From IMG/VR virus record IMGVR_UViG_2563366881_000002, positions 1-43,852 of that record: a stretch of DNA of 43,852 nucleotides; one strand, 5' to 3'. Made by a program: the position numbers and the translations under genes. The notes beneath the pieces were generated by a model. The model made no database searches, was not told the origin of the DNA, and saw only the letters and a list, made by a program, of their open reading frames with translations. Each line of letters starts with the position of its first letter. The first letter of the stretch is position 1. The stretch is from a virus. Its lineage: Duplodnaviria; Heunggongvirae; Uroviricota; Caudoviricetes. Shown piece by piece: positions 40,250-43,852 of this stretch.

Positions 40250-43200
40250 ATGGCAGTAAAGATTTCAGGTGTACTGAAAGACGGCACAGGAAAACCGGTA
40301 CAGAACTGCACAATCCAGCTGAAAGCAAAACGTAACAGCACCACGGTGGTGGTGAACACGGTGGCATCTGAAAATCCGGATGAAGCAGGGCGTTACAGCA
40401 TGGACGTTGAGCACGGCCAGTACAGCGTTATTCTGTTGGTGGAGGGATTCCCGCCGTCACATGCCGGGACCATCACCGTGTATGAAGATTCTCAACCCGG
40501 TACGCTGAATGATTTTCTCGGTGTCATGACGGAGGATGATGCCCGTCCGGAGGCACTGCGCCGTTTTGAACTGATGGTGGAAGAGGTGGCGCGTAACGCG
40601 TCCGCAGTGGCACAGGACACGGCAGCCGCGAAGAAGTCAGCCGGCGATGCCAGCACATCAGCCCGTGAGGCGGCAACCCATGCGACTGATGCTGCAGGCT
40701 CAGCACGCGCAGCCAGCACGTCAGCCGGACAGGCCGCGTCGTCGGCTCAGTCAGCGTCTTCCAGCGCAGGAACGGCATCAACAAAGGCCACTGAAGCATT
40801 AAAAAGTGCTGCCGCAGCAGAGTCCTCAAAAAGCGCGGCAGCCACCAGTGCCGGTGCGGCGAAAACGTCAGAAACGAATGCTGCAGCATCACAACAATCA
40901 GCAGCCACTTCTGCATCCACCGCGACCACGAAAGCGTCAGAAGCTGCCACCTCAGCCCGGGATGCGTCGGCTTCAAAAGAGGCGGCAAAATCATCAGAAA
41001 CGAGCGCTGCCTCGAGCGCCAGCAGTGCCGCTTCCTCGGCAACGGCGGCAGGAAATTCCGCGAAGGCCGCAAAAACGTCTGAGACGAATGCGGATAACAG
41101 CGCACAGGCGGCAGCAGACTCACAAACTGCATCGGCAAACTCCGCGACAGCAGCCAAAAAATCAGAAACCAACGCGAAAAATAGCGAGGCAGCAGCAAAG
41201 AGCAGCGAAACCAACGCTAAAGCCAGCGAAACTAATGCTAAATCCAGTGAAACAAACGCGGCGAAATCTGCGGCGGACGCACTTAATTATCGCAACCAGG
41301 CCCAGGGTATTGTTGGTACTAACATCGGTTTGGGATCATCACCGCGTGGTTGCTCTGACATCTCAGGAAATCCATCAGGTTATATTGGCTTTATGCGCAT
41401 CATGGCTGATGCAACAGGTTTCCCGTCTATTGCATCCGGTGAAAGCAGTCTTACGGGGTTTATTAGTCAGGTAGATGGAACTCCAGCGTATACAGGTGTA
41501 TTTCAGGGATGGACTACTCGCTCGCTTTATACCTATCGCTGGAGTCCGACAACAGGCCCGCAATGGACACGCCACGCTCGCAAAAATGAAGTGGACCGTC
41601 TTGACCAATGGAATAGCGAAACATGGTTATATAACCATGATAAATCCATGCGCCTGGGGTTAACCGGATCAACATGGGGGTGTTACAGCGACACACAAAA
41701 AAAATGGATACCACTTGATGTTTCTCATGGTGGCACTGGCGCAAATAGCCTTGATGACGCCAAAACTAATTTGCAAATCCCTGAGGGTGGATTAACAAAA
41801 GCGATGACCCTTAATGCCCCTGGTGGTGCAGTGGATGGCAAATACTACCCTGTCATAATAGACACATCCGCAATGAATGGGAGCGGTGCCATGTTATGTC
41901 CTGTTGAAATAAAAACAGCAGGAGGTCCGGCATCAAATCCGCTTAATAGTAACTCATTTTTTGGGTTCATTCGATGTGGTGGCTGGAGTGACGTTCGCGA
42001 TGTGGCTTACGGGTCATTTGTTTGCTATGAAAAAAATGAACTCGGGATACTTTGCATTAAAGCGTCGCAAAGAGATTATGCGCAGCATGTAGCTTTCTAC
42101 ATCCATAAAAGCGCTTTTCCTGTCGTTGTGCAAACTGGCTACAAGGCAAAAGTTAAGGTTCCAACAGAAGACTACGTAATTGGTGACAACGGGGTTAGAT
42201 ATAAGTTTGGTGTATCAACGTCAACGGAGGATAACGACAAGAACTTTGTTAAAAATGTTCTTGACTTCACTGGCGGTGAACATGGCTTCTACAGCAACCT
42301 TCCGTTCAGACAAGGGGTGTCAGAAAGGATTGCATTAACAAATGGCCTGAGTTTTGACAAAAATTTTACCGTCACTATTCCTATATTTGTAAACAATGGT
42401 CAGATTAAAGCAACACAATCTTTCACCGCGTACGGTACGGACGCTTCAAACAGAACATTTGTTTCTCAAAGATTACAATCCGAAGGAGGTCCGGTTGTCG
42501 ATCAAACTGAACTAAGGGCCGCTAACGCTTCTGGTGAAATTGTTGTCAGGGACATAAATAATTCAGGGAACAGTAAGTTCTTTAATTTTAACCTTGATGG
42601 TACCTTCAGTTCTTATCAGGGATTGGTTGTTCACACAGGGCAAAACTGGAGCACTCAACATACAGAGAATGTAAATAAGTTTAAGCCAATAGCAGGGAGC
42701 GCAGGCGGTCCTGACGGAACAATGGTTGTTGGCGGATTCCATGCTCAATTTAGCGGTAATTACGTCACACAATTCGCCGGTCGCAACTCCAAATTTTGGG
42801 CAAGAAGCTTTGAGGCTGGGGTTGATAAGGGATGGAAACGACTATTAACAGTAGACGATCTCAATTCATCTACCGATCTTGCTGTCAGGTCATTAACCAC
42901 ATCTAACCCGGTAAAATCTGGCGGAGGGCGGATTGATGTCCTTGGAAGCACGTCAGACTATAGCAAAATGGATTGCTTTGTACGTGGGTTTGATAGCACC
43001 GGTAATTCTCTCGCGTGGGCGTTGGGTTCATCAGTCGGCGTAAGTAAGATGCTGTCGCTAAAAAATTTCTTTAGCGGAGCTGAGATACTGTTAAATGGTA
43101 ATGACGGCGCGGTTCAACTCAAAACAGGTGCTGTTAACGGGGCTAAAGCGCAGGCGCTCACTATCAACAAGGATGAGGTTAACTCAACTGTTGATTTAAC

Positions 43201-43852
43201 TCTTACAAAACAAACAGGGACTGGCAATCGTTTTGTTTTACAGAACTTAGGTAATACAGAACTATCATTTGCCGCAAAAGTATGGGGATCAAGTGATCGA
43301 CAAAACGTTTTTGAGGTTGGAACGTCTGCTGCGTATCTGTTTTATGCGCAAAAAACGTCAGCAGGCCAGTTGTTTGATGTAAATGGCGCTATTAATTGCA
43401 CAACGCTGAATCAGTCATCAGACCGCGACCTTAAAGACGATATTCTCGTTATCAGCGACGCGACGAAAGCAATCCGTAAAATGAACGGATACACCTACAC
43501 GCTCAGGGAAAACGGGATGCCTTATGCTGGCGTTATTGCACAGGAAGTAATGGAGGCGATACCAGAAGCTGTGGGATCGTTTACTCATTATGGTGAAGAG
43601 TTGCAAGGTCCGACCGTTGACGGCAACGAGCTACGCGAAGAAACGCGCTATCTTAATGTTGACTACGCCGCCGTGACGGGCTTACTTGTTCAGTTCGCCC
43701 GTGAAACAGATGATCGCGTTACCGCGCTGGAAGAGGAAAACACAACGCTACGTCAAAATCTGGCAACAGCAGACACCCGGATCAGCACTCTGGAAAATCA
43801 GGTAAGCGAACTGGTTGCACTTGTCCGGCAGTTAACAGGAAGCGAACATTGA
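40250..43852 (+). CDS. stf: side tail fibre Stf, long variant with Ala/Ser-rich repeat shaft and C-terminal S74 intramolecular-chaperone domain
   Basis: N-terminus MAVKISGVLKDGTGKPVQNCTIQLKA.. as lambda Stf; long ..SAAATSAGAAKTSETNA.. repeats; C-terminal ..SDRDLKDDILVISDATKAIRKMNGYTYTLRENGMPYAGVIAQEV.. typical of S74-type auto-cleaving chaperone domains. Confidence 0.85.
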   Translation: MAVKISGVLKDGTGKPVQNCTIQLKAKRNSTTVVVNTVASENPDEAGRYSMDVEHGQYSVILLVEGFPPSHAGTITVYEDSQPGTLNDFLGVMTEDDARPEALRRFELMVEEVARNASAVAQDTAAAKKSAGDASTSAREAATHATDAAGSARAASTSAGQAASSAQSASSSAGTASTKATEALKSAAAAESSKSAAATSAGAAKTSETNAAASQQSAATSASTATTKASEAATSARDASASKEAAKSSETSAASSASSAASSATAAGNSAKAAKTSETNADNSAQAAADSQTASANSATAAKKSETNAKNSEAAAKSSETNAKASETNAKSSETNAAKSAADALNYRNQAQGIVGTNIGLGSSPRGCSDISGNPSGYIGFMRIMADATGFPSIASGESSLTGFISQVDGTPAYTGVFQGWTTRSLYTYRWSPTTGPQWTRHARKNEVDRLDQWNSETWLYNHDKSMRLGLTGSTWGCYSDTQKKWIPLDVSHGGTGANSLDDAKTNLQIPEGGLTKAMTLNAPGGAVDGKYYPVIIDTSAMNGSGAMLCPVEIKTAGGPASNPLNSNSFFGFIRCGGWSDVRDVAYGSFVCYEKNELGILCIKASQRDYAQHVAFYIHKSAFPVVVQTGYKAKVKVPTEDYVIGDNGVRYKFGVSTSTEDNDKNFVKNVLDFTGGEHGFYSNLPFRQGVSERIALTNGLSFDKNFTVTIPIFVNNGQIKATQSFTAYGTDASNRTFVSQRLQSEGGPVVDQTELRAANASGEIVVRDINNSGNSKFFNFNLDGTFSSYQGLVVHTGQNWSTQHTENVNKFKPIAGSAGGPDGTMVVGGFHAQFSGNYVTQFAGRNSKFWARSFEAGVDKGWKRLLTVDDLNSSTDLAVRSLTTSNPVKSGGGRIDVLGSTSDYSKMDCFVRGFDSTGNSLAWALGSSVGVSKMLSLKNFFSGAEILLNGNDGAVQLKTGAVNGAKAQALTINKDEVNSTVDLTLTKQTGTGNRFVLQNLGNTELSFAAKVWGSSDRQNVFEVGTSAAYLFYAQKTSAGQLFDVNGAINCTTLNQSSDRDLKDDILVISDATKAIRKMNGYTYTLRENGMPYAGVIAQEVMEAIPEAVGSFTHYGEELQGPTVDGNELREETRYLNVDYAAVTGLLVQFARETDDRVTALEEENTTLRQNLATADTRISTLENQVSELVALVRQLTGSEH

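Noticed and set aside
40524-41474. Alternative-frame ORFs (224 aa minus, 155 aa minus, 222 aa plus) inside stf
   Set aside because: Generated by the GCN-rich Ala/Ser repeat region of the tail fibre gene; low-complexity artefacts.

Overview
The whole window is one integrated lambdoid prophage of an E. coli-type enterobacterium, in prophage gene order. All calls rest on reading the ORF translations and the DNA by eye and on recalled family knowledge; no search or alignment was run. Minus strand at the left: tyrosine integrase, excisionase and an early-left operon resembling CPS-53 yfdP-yfdT. Then an immunity region (cI-like repressor with S24 domain, divergent cro/YdaS-like and YdaT-like genes, repeated CTAyTT-N-AAGTAG operator motifs), a replication initiator with internal iterons, a nin-like block (LexA-DNA-binding-domain-only protein, RusA, KilA-N, DUF968) and a Q antiterminator. 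After Q comes an AT-rich cargo stretch (unknown 176-aa protein, small winged-helix-like protein, orphan beta-class DNA methyltransferase, about 1.1 kb with no convincing ORF but several intrinsic terminators), then a lysis cassette (dual-start pinholin, DUF1327-like ORF, SAR endolysin, Rz/Rz1), bor and cos. From cos onward the head and tail genes (Nu1 through J, lom) are collinear with phage lambda and look near-identical to it from memory, ending in a long side tail fibre with a C-terminal S74-type chaperone domain. The most interesting candidates for an undescribed system are the AT-rich cargo at the rex position (a ParA/MinD-like ATPase and a convergent coiled-coil/zinc-ribbon protein either side of a putative OL operator), the Q-to-holin cargo, a lipoprotein with a TonB C-terminal-like domain near cos, and a convergent overlapping gene pair inside the lysis cassette. 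No tRNA, rRNA, CRISPR array or IS element was seen.
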